A program made the translations under genes and the position numbers. A stretch of 64,000 bases of DNA from Leidyana gryllorum EB-2025a (lineage: Eukaryota > Protista > Apicomplexa): positions 248,001-312,000 of the forward strand of contig JBLWGC010000140.1 in the NCBI GenBank assembly GCA_048772705.1, written 5' to 3'. The notes beneath the pieces are model-generated. The model worked only from the letters and a program-made list of their open reading frames with translations. It had not been told where the DNA came from and searched no databases. Within the stretch, counting starts at the first letter, position 1. The number at the start of each line of letters is the position of its first letter. Positions 10,364 through 23,434 of this stretch are shown here, piece after piece.

Positions 10364-13300
10364 ATGAGTAGCCTGCCTGATACTCGTAAGTTGATCCTGG
10401 GGGACAAAGAATGCGTTTGCTGCAGGACGAAGACTATCGCGCGAGACTATTCTCGGATGCTACCGTCGGTTCGTTTGCCCCGAAGCTGTTGATGCGCATA
10501 CTTCCATTTATTCGGAGGAGACATTATGGCCAGAGCTTTTCGGCCCAGAGCCTCCGTTTGACCAGGTCATCTCAACAGGCCCCCGAGCGAAACGTCCTCT
10601 AAGCGACTTGATAGACAAGTCCAATGCAGCGGCTGCCCGTGCTCCACGACCTCCTCGAGAGTCCGGAGGCGGTCCGTTCCACAATGAACCGATGCAAATG
10701 CACAACGCGCCTCGCAACAGCAATCCAGCTATGCGAAGGATGTGGGATCCGAATGATCAGTACGTCTCCACTACACTGTGCTGTCCAAAGCGTTGACTGT
10801 GGAAGGAATGGGAGAGTCTCCGACCTTCTCCTCCTCTCTGTATCCTTCTGCGCTCCCATCCATCCATGCTTCGCTGTGTGTGCCTCGCTGTGTGTGCCTG
10901 TCTCCGTCGCTACCCTTGAAACATCTTCATCTGTTTCCGTAGGGACCGCCCACGAAATGCTTTCGGTGGAAAGATTGGAGAATCCGTTAACGAGCGTTTT
11001 GCCGCTTTGGAAGGTTGGACTGGCCGCGGTGCCCAGCACCGATTGCCTCCGCCAGCGAACCATCAGGCACCACCGCCACCGGGTCCTGGGCACGAGCAGG
11101 GGGTGTCTCGAGGTTGGGAAGATTGGAGGGGGCCGAGTGCGGTATCACCCCATACGCAGGACAGTTGGGAGAGACTGGATGCCAAGTTGGCAGCTGTGGT
11201 TTCTCCTTCCAAGTTGACTCGTGTGGCTAATAATGTGGGGCGAAGGCCCGCACAGTTCCCTCCAGCGGCCAATGCGCCACCGGGTCCCGCCCCTCCATCG
11301 CCGGAGCCGATGCCAATGGGCGGAAGACGCCGTGAGATGATGATGAAGCCTCCTGCTGCTCCATACGGCGAAGTGCTTTCGGAGAATAAAATGATGGATA
11401 TGCTTACCGGCGGAAATGGTCGAGGAATGCCCGTGCCCGTGCAGCCACAGCCGCCAGTCGGTCCGCCAGTGCGCCAGGGTCCCGCACCAACGGTGGGATT
11501 GGCTCAGCAGCAGCAGCAGCAACAGCAGCGGCCAGGGGCTATATCAACGACGACAATGACGTACCAGGAGTTGTTGCAGAAGATGAATGCCCGTAGGACG
11601 GCTCCGTCCCATCACCAAATCGAAGAGGAGTTACATCATGCGAGAGAATACCAGCAAGAATGCATAGTGAGATGGACTGATGCCCGTCCACTGTATATAG
11701 TGGAATCCATCCAGCTGGGAAGTGGTCTTGCGAATGCCCGCATTGCGGCACTGCAAGCTGCGGAAACAGCGACATCCGCAATGGAGGCACGTACCCGCCT
11801 TGAGCAATATGAGACGAAGGTTTGTCGACTGTATGGCGACTTAGTTGACTCTCGTCAAATAGCTTTACCCCCTCCCCTCGCACAAGCCTTGAAGGTGGAC
11901 GAGTCTACGAGTTTGGCCCTCTGGCCGACCTTCCGAGAACTCTTCCTCCAATCAAACACCTTGTTGGGCGAACTCCAAGCCTGGGAAGAGAGCCTCGGTT
12001 CCGAAATGCGACAACGAGGCGGGTGGATGGCTCCGAATGGCAACGTGTATCCGCCAAATCAGTACGAATATAACGTGGATAGCATGCCCAACGCTCAACA
12101 AGTCTCGGACGCGGTCGCTTACCTCCTGAAGAAAGGTCACGATAACCATCTTCAACAAGGCAGTGGCTATGACGACTATTACGTCGGACCCAATAATGCT
12201 GTGCAACAACAGCAGCAACAACAGCAACAGCAACAGGGCCCGCTGCAGCAACCGTTGCAACATGAGCCGCCCCAATCGGTGCCACCCCAGCCCCCTCTCT
12301 CGGCTTATCACCAGGGAATGCCCCCTGCCCAACCGGTATCTTCAATGGCTGCTCCACCAGTTTTTACTCAGCAACAACAACAGCAGCAACAGCCTTCCCC
12401 CAAAGCTGTACCAGCTGCCCCTCAGCAGCAACCGCCCAGAAGTGTCAGTCCCAACATTGCGCCAACCGCTTCTGCACCTGCGGTTCAAGCGCCCTCGCCG
12501 CCGATCCAACAGCCAACCCGTCAAGAAGTCTCTGACAGCGAACATCAGCACCAAGTGTCGTCTTCACCCCCCGCCCGCAAGGCCGTAGGTGTCCAACGAA
12601 AGGCAGCTGGGCCCCCACCACCCGCTACCACCACCACCGCTCCTCCCCAACCGGCACCAACCGCTACCGCTGCAGCCCCCCCACCAGCCGCTGGCGGGAG
12701 TCCGGGTGGTGTTGTGGATCCTGAATGGGCGAGTGTCAAATGGGAGTATCTTGACCCCTCTCAATGTGTCCAAGGCCCTTTCAGCTCCTCAAGGATGTAT
12801 GGCTGGTGGCAGCGTGACTATTTCCCACCTGACCTGCCCGTCCGCTACGTAGCAGACGCTGCCTTCGTGGCCCTCTCGACCCTGTACCCGCCTGAGTCTA
12901 ATCTGCAACCCTTCAAGCAACGCCCTGTGGCTCCCAAGCCACAGGCCCAGACACAGGCAGCCACGGAGCCGGAGCGCACACCAACAGCATTTGTTACTCG
13001 TCACGACACTACAGAACCACCCGTGTCGAAAGGCGCACCGGCGTGGAAACCCAAGCCGTTTGACACCAACAATGGCTTCGCTGGCGCCCCACTTGATCAC
13101 CAAATCGGCCCAAGTTTGGCAGAGTCCCGATTCTCTGAGGTTGCACGAGGTAAATCAAATCAATGCCTCGCAGCACACTTCTCATCTCCCAATGTCGGTT
13201 CCTCAGAGGCTATGCCCGGAGTCAAAGGATCGAGAAAGAAAGCAAAGGGCAAAAAACAGCCCTTAGCTGAGATCCTCTCAGAACAACAGGCGGTGGTAAG

Positions 13301-14054
13301 TGGGCTGGCTATCTGGAACGTTTCTTTGCACATCGTGTCTCTTCAGCCCCCCAAACCCGTCTGGGCTCCTGTGAAGGCTCCATGGCCCGACGCTATCCGC
13401 ACCGCTGACGCCCCTTTGACCCTCGGTGCGGCAACCTCGTTCAATGAGGGGTCCCCGACGGAACGCGGTGCGGTTGAATCTGGACCGGCAGCGGAGGTCG
13501 CGGGTGGCCCGTCTCCCGTGAGCTGGGCTAAGAATGTCAGCCATGAAGAACCGGCACCGGGTCCGGCTGCCCCGTCTGCTCCCCCGCCCGCCCCTGTCGC
13601 GCCAGCCCCGCAGAAAGCGGCAGCGGCACCAGCCACGGCGTCAGCGGCTCCCATGTTGCCTCCAGGAGCAGCGCCGCCTGTTATATCAGTAGCGTCCTCG
13701 AATACCCCTGCTGCGGCGGCGGCGGTCAACAATAGCACCAACCCGGAGGCATTGAGTGCTGTGCAACGCCAAGAGGTCAATAGATTGTGTCAACATCACC
13801 AGATTACGATCGACCCCGATATGTTGGATGTGTTGATATACTGTCAGGTGAGTCTACGCCTTGGATACCGCTCAACATGCCTCCCTCCCACACAGAGTCC
13901 CGCGGAGATGAGCAGTTTGTTGCGAGATAACAACATGGTGCGGGACGACGGTCAGTGTGACGCATTTGTCGAAGATTTTTGGGACCTCGTTCGGAATCCG
14001 TTCAAGCCAGTGAAGAAAGGTGTTGTCAACAACCGTAAGTACCCGGGGCTATGA
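10364..14054 (+). CDS. GYF-domain protein, GIGYF-like (multi-exon)
   Basis: GYF domain WEYLDPSQCVQGPFSSSRMYGWWQRDYFPPDLPVR and polyQ/Pro tracts. The spliced N-terminus MSSLPDTRRRLSRETILGCY...SIYSEETLWPELF resembles the GIGYF 4E-binding region. Confidence 0.75.
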
Positions 14055-14226
14055 CACGGGGGCCAAGTGTAGTTGTGGTTATCAGCTGTTCCCAAGTCAG
14101 CGAAGAAGAAAGGCAGTAAGCGCAAATAAGTTGCCTTTTTGGTTGCATATTGTTGTGGGACGGACAATAAGAAAGAAGGAACGCTGGTCCATATCTCGGC
14201 ACCACCAGACAGCATAAAAAATCATA

Positions 14227-16295
14227 ATGGGGATAACAGTCACTGTGGAAGACTTGATTGTTGAGACTCGTCCAAAAAGAGGACCACCCAAGACTCTCCT
14301 CAAGAATGTATGGCTGTCCGCTTCCCCTGGCGAAATGGTCGCCATTATGGGACCGAGCGGCAGCGGCAAGACTACTCTCCTTAATGTTTTGTCGAACCGC
14401 TTGACCAGTTTGAGCTACACAGGGTCTATTGCTTTCAATGGTCGGACTGACTTGGTCAAACAAGTCAACCGCTTCAGTTGCTATGTTATGCAAGAGGACT
14501 GCTTTCTGCAATATCTTACCGTAATTGAAACTCTGACCTATGCAGCTCGCCTTATGCTGAGCCATTTGTCAAAGGAGGACCAGACACGACGTGTGCAGTT
14601 CTGCTTGGACCAACTGGGCCTCGACTGTTGCCGCGATGTAGCGATCGGGGGTGAACGCGTCAAAGGAATCAGTGGAGGACAGAAGAAGCGAGTCTCTATC
14701 GCCGTGGCCTTACTGAACCGTCCGGCCCTCATTTTCCTGGACGAGCCTACGAGTGGCCTGGACGCAGCTCTGGCCTATGACGTCATCAAAACCGTGGAGA
14801 AGCTCTGCCACGAGTTCGGTCACACCATCATATGTACAATACATCAACCCAGATCACAAGTTTTCAGCCTCTTTGATTCGCTGGTCCTCCTGAGGCTGGG
14901 TGAAGTGTGTTACCGGGGACCAGCCAAGGGTGCTCTCACTTGGTTCGAGTCCATTGGGCATCCATGCCCTCCCGAGTTCAACCCTCCTGATTTCTTCTTA
15001 GACTTGTTAACCACCTCCGGAGTCGACAGCCACAATGGCGACCCTGCGGCCGTCCAGAAGCGAAACTCCAGATTTAATGATGTATTCCAGGCTGCTGAGT
15101 GGAACGCCAATGCCGGAGGCTTATATATCCCTGACACTGAGCCCGTCGGAACAAACCTCGGCGAAGCGCAGGAGAAATCCGAGTTTCCTCATAGTCAAAT
15201 GGGATACGCAAAACAGGGCTCTGCTGTCCGTATTGTGATATCGGAAGAGGCCGCAGACATCGCCGTCGCGAAATTCGGAGAATCTGAAATCGCTGCCAAT
15301 CAGCGACGAGAAATCCAAGCACTCAAAATGGAAAGTGCTGCAGATGAGATTCCCGAAGTAGAGAGAGATCCTCGGAATGTGTTGTACCGAAATCTCAGAG
15401 CTGCGGTAATATTAGCTAATCGAGATCTCAAGAACGACATTCGGAACCCAAAATCGCTGTGGACCAACGTGGGTGAAGGTTTGTTGGTCGGGCTGGTCAC
15501 TGGAACCATCTGGTACATGGTGGCGAAGCCGGAGGTCGGTGAAGATTGTCAGACCACTGTATTGCGTAACATGTGTGGAGGCATTCTGCAACTAGTTGGG
15601 TTCATATCTTTCGGTTCATTCCACGCTGCCATTGAGGCTGTGCAGAAGCGACCATTGGTGAATCGCGAAGCGTCATCGGGGTTGTATCACAGATCAGCAC
15701 GGTTTTTGTCGACGATGATGTCGGATGTCACTCCGCAATACTTCTCTCCAGTGTTCTGCATAATCTTTGTGTACTGGATGATGGGATTAGGTAAGGGTAA
15801 CGAAATGTGGCGCTGCGCTCGACTAACGGGCCCACGCGTCTCTCGACCGAACACACACACGTTTGTTCCTCTGCAGCTGCGAATGCCAACTCGTTCATAT
15901 GCGCATTTGCCATCGCCTGGACTTTGAAATGGGCCGCAATGAGTTCGGCGGCTTTCGCGGGATACTTGGCCCCAATTGAGCCGATAGCAGCGGCGATATT
16001 GCCAGTGTTACTGGTGAATATGTTGCTGACGTCTGGTTTTCAGTTGTCCGATAACCAAATCCCGGCGTTCCTGGGATGGTACAAGCACCTGAGTTTCCTA
16101 CGATTCGCGTTCCAGGGAATAGCACGGACACAGTTCACCGAGGATCAATCATACCTAGACAGATGCCTCGGATTCGAAACCTCACATGAGCCCTGGATGG
16201 CAGTTCTCAACTGTTTCTTGGTTGGGCTTGGGTTTCGAGCGTTTGCGCTAGTGTTCTGCACTACATTGCATAAAAGTCAGGGTCTGAGCGTATGA
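14227..16295 (+). CDS. ABCG (White-family) half transporter
   Basis: Walker A GPSGSGKTT, signature ISGGQKKRV, Walker B IFLDEPTSGLD and CTIHQPRS. NBD-TMD order, with an intron at ~15791-15877 joining ORF 15807..16295. Confidence 0.95.
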
Positions 16296-16368
16296 GAACA
16301 TATAGAAATTTGCAAAATCCTTTCGTGACGGTGGAGGCCGTCGACTTTGCTGTCTGCTACCTTTGCTG

Positions 16369-18386
16369 ATGGTGAGTTCTACCCAGGAATGGGCGTTGTA
16401 GAGTGACAGTTTCAATTGTGTGTGCGCAGAAGGTTCTGATAGTGGGAGATGACAACTTCACGTTCACTCCCTGCTTGTTGGAGAATCAGGCACAATGGGT
16501 GTCGAAGTGCCAGAGCGAAGATGGCGATACGAATAATTGGCAGGTGGAGGTCGCATGTAGTCTGGCCGCGAGCAAGGTTCCAGTGGAGTTCCAGGGGGAT
16601 CTGAATAAACTGCAGCAGCGCGGAATTCCTGTTCACTTTTCTGTCAACCCAGCGTTGCTGCGTCAGTACTTCCCAGCCGCGGAGTCTTCAGTGATTGATC
16701 GACCGGGACCCCCCTATGATGTTGTCCTATTCGTGCTCCCCGGACTTCAATATGAAGGCTGCCCACGCTATATCGAGAAGAGTTCGGAACTCTTCAAGTT
16801 GCGTCTCCAGCTCTTTTGGTTTGCGCTCGCCAAGAGCAGCACTGTCATTGCTAAGCCGAACGGAAGGGTGATGTTTCTGTGGATCGATCAGACGAGCATA
16901 GCTCGTCAGCCTGCGGTCTTACAAACATTGCCCTTTCCGCTCCTTGATATCCACAAACTGGGTGCGCGACTTTTTTACTTCTTCCGCCTTTTACGCCCTT
17001 TTATAGGCCCATTTTGCAAGATTTTCCGGGATGCTTCAGAGGACGTGAGTGTCCATCAACATTCATTCAATCGAACATTTCATACAGTTCCGCCTCAACC
17101 TTTGCTGGGGAGACTACAAACTCAGGTGGAAACCTTTGATTCACAATGTCGAACTCGTAAGCAGCGGGAAAACAGATCGCTTCCTCTGCACAAAGGAGTT
17201 CGTTCCTCAGTTACACTTTCCCAAATTCTTGGAGGAGCTCAAGGTGTATTGTTTTCGCAACTCCCCATATGTTGCCCCGGCTAATCCTGCCGATGCGGAA
17301 CCGCCTGCTACCGGCGCTCTCAAGCCCAATGAGGACTTCAATTTGTTGCGAATCCCTCAATCGATTTGCCAGTGGGACCGAACCGTTCTCCCTCACGTCA
17401 ATGAATTGTTCCATTTCAACATGAGTGAGCGCCAGACTTCTTCTTATAGTCTGACCCTCTCGACTATTTACGATTTTCAGGGACATGTGTACCGGGCGAG
17501 ATGTTACAAATCTCAAAGCTTTCAGTCAAATACGACCCGAGGTGAGCATCAATTCGCACACTCGTCGCTGGAATCGCGACACTCGGCCGATTTGAGCGGC
17601 CTCCAATCGGGCATCGTACGACTTTGCTGCCACGCGAGCACGAAACCTACGAAACCTGACCTCGTGCTGGCTGGCAGCCAAGCCGCCGCGACCAATCTGA
17701 GCGTTGTATTCAAATTTCTGTGTTTCAGGATAACTGGCTGGAGAAATTCAGGAGTGGCGCGGCCTGCCGGGCCTGTGCAGACTGCCATGGCGGCGGCCCC
17801 TGTGATGCAACCGGCGGCGCAGCAAGCGCCCCCAGGGGCCGGAGGAGGGTTTCCAAAGACATGGGCCCGGTTTGAGAGCCATATGGAGTCCTCAGTTGCT
17901 CCGCATGTCGTCCCGCAGCAAACGGCGGGCGCCGCCCAAGGATATGGGGGACCGCAAGTCCCATATCAGCAGGCCCCTGCTACAGCACCTTACGCCGCGA
18001 CGCCCGTGCCGGGTTTGCCGGATCCAGCGGAGACACCGCCTGCATACGAGACGGGGGCCTATGACTCGCAGTGGTCTGCGTATTCTGCTGGTTACTGGCC
18101 CACTTTGCAGCACGGCCCGCCTTTGAGTCAAATGTCGTGGTCTGGCCTGATGGCTCACCAGCCGCCGCCGCACGCCAATGTTTATGAGCAGTCTGCGTCG
18201 ATCCCAATGCCAACGAGTAATGGCGCTCCCCAGTCTCCCCCAGCCGGGGTTCTTGCGGAGGACCCGCGCCGTATAAAGCGGGATGAGTCTCCATCCCTGC
18301 ATGACCGTTATGCGGGCTACAGTGATCAGTATGCCGCTGAGTCCGAGTCTAAGCGATCCCGTCGCGGATCTAATGATTACCGGTGA
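16369..18386 (+). CDS. BMT5/DUF2431-like Rossmann-fold methyltransferase-related protein with Pro/Ala/Gln-rich C-terminus (multi-exon)
   Basis: ATG at 16369, intron 16372-16429, then KVLIVGDDNFTF (cf. family motif LLVGEGNFSF) and YDVVLFVLPG. ORFs 16403..17284 and 17049..18386 are joined by introns. Confidence 0.6.
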
Positions 18387-18430
18387 GTGATGATCGATTC
18401 TGACTGACTGATCATTATTGGGTGCAGAGA

Positions 18431-18724
18431 TTACCGTCGAGGTTCGCCTCCGCGCAACCGGCGGTCACCCTCGCTGTCGTCGAGTGCTCGATATGATGAC
18501 GGCGGGCGGCATCGCCCGGGATCGGTGCCACGCCACCATGACAGTCGTCCACCATCACGGAGTCGTTGGGAGGAGGAGAGATACGGTGCGCAGCGGAGGC
18601 AGCGACGCGAACCCTGGAGTCGTCGAGATCCAATTCTGGACTCCAAGCAGCCGGACACTAAACGACGGCCTCCATCAGCTGCCTCAGGCGCTCCGCGGTA
18701 GACTCTTTTCTTGACTCTTTGCAT
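18431..18724 (-). CDS. Small Arg-rich hypothetical protein
   Basis: An ATG-initiated ORF (MQRVKKRVY...) fills the gap between two + strand genes and is divergent from the LIS1-like gene. No recognisable domain. Confidence 0.25.
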   Translation of the reverse strand: MQRVKKRVYRGAPEAADGGRRLVSGCLESRIGSRRLQGSRRCLRCAPYLSSSQRLRDGGRLSWWRGTDPGRCRPPSSYRALDDSEGDRRLRGGEPRR

Positions 18725-18776
18725 GGCTAAGGCGGCTGTGGCTTCGTGCAAACTTTGAGGGATAATAAAAACTGAA

Positions 18777-21700
18777 ATGGAACCTCTGCTGGTCCATGAT
18801 CGTGAGCGTTTCTATGCCGCGGTGCTCCAGTTTCTGGGCACCAGGCTTCCCAGAAGTGCGACGGCTTTCCAGCGAGAATCAGGGATCGTAAGTCTTGGGT
18901 GCAGAAACGGAGATGCGTTCATTTCAAGACGGAGGCGGAGGTTTCGGCGCTGAAAACTGGGGAGTTACTCCAGAAGAAATGGCTCGCGACCACTCAGCTC
19001 CAGTTGAACGTAGGTCGTCTCTGATGTCCGTGCACAAGACGTCAAGTAGCTCTACCGATTGGAGAGGGCTCAGCGCCAGCAGGCTCGCCGCCTTCAGTTA
19101 ATGCGACATCTCTACGAATGGGATACTGATTGTAGAGGTCAGTCAGTGCACAGCAACATATCTATGCCACCTATCATGAGGCTATCTGTTATCTGAGACT
19201 CAACACACACTTTCACACACACTTTGGCACCTGCTGTGATGCAGTTCTCTTTCTATTCAAACACCCGTGATTTGACAAATCTGTGTCCAGAATTGATTCC
19301 GAATGATCGGCTGAACACCAATTTGAGTGTGAGGAGAGAGCGCTTGGCATTTCTGTCATGGTGGACGGGTGTCATTGAAGCAGTTCCGAGCGAGTCCGCC
19401 ATCAAGGTGGGTCAATATATAAGGATTTAACGAGTGCCGTGGGCCGTTGGCAGTTTTACGACCTCTCGGGAGACCATCCGACACAATTGCATTCTGAATT
19501 ACCACTCACAAAACCCGCGGTGGCGCTGGCGACATCTCCGTGAGACCACAAGGAGTCTCATTTGATCACTGTCTGGTATAGGTGCGGTCATTATGTGGTA
19601 GCTGGACTGGAGGACGGGCGTATGGAGCTGCTGGACTTGAGCAATTGGGACAGGGTGAACTCTTTCCCGACGGGGGACGGCATGGCGCAGAAACTGCTGG
19701 TGATCAAAAGGAATGCTGAGGAAGGCGAAGGCTTTTATATCGTGGCCATGAGTCGCGATCATTCGTTATCAGTCTGGGATCCGTTTGAGGGGTGAGTGAG
19801 CGTCCGGGTGTGACACCCTTCAATCGAGAAATTGATCGATCGATCCATTGATCGTGAATGATCGCCCGCTCCCGACAAAATCCAGATTTCACCCTCTCTG
19901 TCTCGGCTTGCAGACGCTGTTTGGTGTCCCAGACCGTACCCACGCGAAAGACGGTCAAGTCCATATGTGTGACAGGTGAAGACAAGGGGGCTCATATTAT
20001 CCTGGGCAGCGACGACGGTCAACTGTCCGACTGGGGTGTGTTTGAGAACACATTCGAAAGCTACGCGGGACACGAACGAGCTGTGGAGGCCTTAGCTTCA
20101 ACTATTGGTTCAGTCTATGCTTCAGGAGGCCGCGATCGCATAATCCGCATTTGGAAGAATCACGAGTGCACCCTCTCGCTGGTACGTGAATTGAAGAAAA
20201 AAATACTATCTCCAACACTTCCCCTCTGCAGACGGGACACACCGATTGGGTCACAGGTCTCACTTTCCACCCACTGGGACGTATTTTAGTGTCGGCTTCT
20301 GATGACAGATCGATCCGAGTGTGGGACATCCGAGCAGGTGAGACGAGCCTGCGACATCTAATCTTTCCTTCGGTCACAGGACTGGTACTGCGCATCATAC
20401 ACGATGCGCATGAAACGTGCTGCCGAGATCTTGCATATGATCCGCTGGGCTCTCGTCTTTATAGCTGTAAGCACCACGCACGGGGGGCTGATTGAATGTG
20501 GATCGTCGTGCTTAGGGTCCGTCAACTCTCCAACGCAAATGTGGTACTGCATAAGTCAAGAGGCATTACAAACAGAATCCCCATGTGCTTCGAGGATGGC
20601 ATCGAGCACTAGCGCGGGTGGGATTGCCACGACCAAGAGCAAGGTCTCAATACAGATGGGTGCCGACCTCAATATGTTGCCAACAACCACTTCGACACCA
20701 ACACCCGAATTAGCCGCAACGACCATTCCTACGGCCGCTACTGCCACTTCTGGTCATCCTGTGCTCCCCGCTTTAGAGCTTAACACAGCCTTGAAGCGCG
20801 AGGGGGTGGCCACCGCGCAAACGCAGAGACGTGTGGACACACGTTTGGCCGGCAAAACGGTCAGTGCTCAGACGGCTCGCGTCCCGAAGGCTCGCGAATC
20901 TGTCGCTGCCAAACGAGCGGTGACTGTCGTTAATCCAGCGGCTGTGGTCAAGGTGTCGGCATCACCGCGACCTAGCGTTACCAAGGTAGCTCCACACGTG
21001 AATTTGGAAGATCTGTCCCGAACGGACTCCAAGGTGACCCTGAAATCTGACAATTCTGGCGAAGGGGCCGGTCAATCGCGTCCTGCACCGGATACCGCGC
21101 GTGGACCATCACGGGTTTTGGATACCACACGTTTGCGGATATCCGGCAGCAAAACAGCTCGGGTTTCTAGTGCCATGCGCCCAAATGAGAGATCGCCTGC
21201 TCACGAAGATCTTCTGATCACATCTTTGGACGACAGTGATCTCCGTCGTCGTACAGACTCCTTTGCGGCTGGTGTCGGCTTCACGCGGGCACAAGAAGTG
21301 CGGTCTTCCTCCAAACCAGACCCTCTTATGCCCACTGTATCGCGCCCGACGGTGCTCAAGAATGACTCCGGCCATATGACGGCGAACACAGCCACCGCTG
21401 CAGCTGCTGCCGGTCTTGCACTAACAGCCACAATCAAAGCGGTCGGAGCCGGAAATAACAAAGACCCGTGTGTTGCGGCCAAAAGTCCAGCAGCTCCGTC
21501 GAGTAAGGTGATGGGCAAGTCATCGTCCACCGACGGAAGTGCTGTGCCACTGAAGGGAACTGGAGTGGTTGAAACAGGAACAAGTGGAGTTAAAGTGAGT
21601 GCTGTGAAAGCACCGCCTGCAGCCAATGAAAAAGTGCCAACTGTCAAGAGCGTTCTCGTGGAAGCAACAACGAAGTCGCCAGTGGTCACGGGAGGGAAGG

Positions 21701-22653
21701 TGGAGAGCAGTGGAGGTACCGCGAAGAAGGCTGCACCGTCTACAGGTGGAAGATTATCGATGGAGAGCACTGCGACTCTGGGGGCGAAATCATCGCCCAA
21801 GGTCGACTTGAAAAAGATAGATCATCCGGGGACGGTGGCCTCTAAAGTCAGCAAGATAACGACTGACACACCTCTACGGACTGCTGATGATCGACGAAGC
21901 TGTGGACGATCACGTGCCAGTAACGGCACCGCGGACACACCGCTTGCACGCAGTGATCACAGCGCGGCGCCAGTCCTCAAACGCACATCGGCTGCCGATG
22001 CAAAGAGTGTCGGGACATCGGAAAGGGGCGGTGTGAATGTGGTTTCTGGCGATGTGTTGACTCCCGAGCACAGGAGTCGATTGCCCGCGGCGCCCCCCCC
22101 CGGCAGTGCTATCAAATACTTGCGCAAATCAGTGCCAGCACACGCGGTGGGGCCCGCGAACAACGACGGCACGCCATCGGCCAGTGTTACTCGCATGGCA
22201 GCCCCGGAGGCAATGTTGGGAGGCGGCAGCAACAGTCGTGTGATCCCTCAGAGTGCTCCTCGTCCCTCGCAGGAGCGAAAGTCGTTTATTCCGACTTCGA
22301 TGACACAGACTCCACGGGAGGATTCTATTTTGAGTACCGCAACTGCGAGTGCGCAGGGGCATATTGTCGATGGTCCCCCGGGTACAGTGGCGGGTAATGG
22401 AACTGCTGCATCGAGTGTGCGGCGGGTGGCGTCAAAGACGGGTACCGCAGCAGTCCCTGCGACCCGCAACTTTGCGGCTCCCAAGTCATCCACTACAAAG
22501 CGTCAGACACCGGTCACTAGCGGGATGAATGCGACAGGTGTGAAGGGAGACATGAAATCTACGACCTCCAAGCTGAAGTCTAAGCCCGCCACTATGACTG
22601 TGAGCCCCAAGGACGCAGCCAAAACTCCCGGAGTCCGCAAGACAGCTATATAG
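18777..22653 (+). CDS. LIS1: LIS1/PAC1/NudF-like LisH + WD40 protein with ~700-aa low-complexity C-terminal extension (multi-exon)
   Basis: Lis[36 protein letters not shown]; [15 protein letters not shown] (cf. LIS1 GLLEKKWTSVIRLQ); WD repeats GHERAVEAL...[11 protein letters not shown] and [13 protein letters not shown]...[12 protein letters not shown]. Intron 20467-20515 splices into ORF 20404..22653. Confidence 0.75.
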
Positions 22654-22661
22654 GGGTCTAC

Positions 22662-23177
22662 ATGCAGTGCCCCACCCCAATGATCCACACTCATCAGTTC
22701 CGGTGTGATCAAAATTGTGGCGGCCATTTGCCCCCGCCGTCACTACCACCACCCTGCTGCTGCTGCTGTCAGCCCATGTGCCCTCCTCCACCACCCTGTT
22801 GCTGCCAACCACAAACACAACAACCCGTCAGTGGTTACACTTGCCCCAATAGCCAAGCGCCCCGTGCCATCAGTGCTCCGAGCCAATGCCCCAATTATCT
22901 CCGTGGGCGCATTAAAATGCAGCTGCGAGAGTCACCAAAGTCACGATTTGCCAAGGGGAATTTTACGTTGATGCCAAATGGCACGGAGGATATCTCTTTC
23001 GGAAGTTGGTCATCGAACTCCTCTGATGCTTCCTCATCTTCGTCCAACTCAGATGCCTCAAACGAAGGAGGACGGAAGAAACGGAGAAGAAAAACTAATC
23101 ATCACATCAAGCGCAGGCGTCAACCCACCGCTATATTGCTCTGCCCAGCAATGCCAACTTGCTGCAAACCCTTTTGA
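22662..23177 (+). CDS. Cys/Pro/Gln-rich hypothetical protein with basic NLS-like patch
   Basis: 171-aa ATG ORF containing PPPCCCCCQPMCPPPPPCCCQ and GRKKRRRK. Confidence 0.55.
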   Translation: MQCPTPMIHTHQFRCDQNCGGHLPPPSLPPPCCCCCQPMCPPPPPCCCQPQTQQPVSGYTCPNSQAPRAISAPSQCPNYLRGRIKMQLRESPKSRFAKGNFTLMPNGTEDISFGSWSSNSSDASSSSSNSDASNEGGRKKRRRKTNHHIKRRRQPTAILLCPAMPTCCKPF

Positions 23178-23434
23178 TACATCGGATTAATGATTGATAG
23201 CACCTCCAGTTTCTACTCTCTGTGGTTCGTATTGATTATGTTTCGTCATCCAATCAACTTGGTGGTATATATGCTCACAAATTAGCGCCCCCCACAATCA
23301 CACACACGCAATCAGTGAGTCACCGTGGGTGGGGGGAATGTGTGCTCTGCTTCCAAGCGGTCTCGTTATGTACCATCGCTGCTCTCCGCCGGCCGGCCAC
23401 CTCCAGCGAGATCAACATTCACTAACTCAAGCTT

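Noticed and set aside
22651-22683. Stop-codon readthrough from the LIS1 tail into the Cys-rich ORF
   Set aside because: The gap is 8 bp (out of frame), and the readthrough frame reaches TGA within ten codons.
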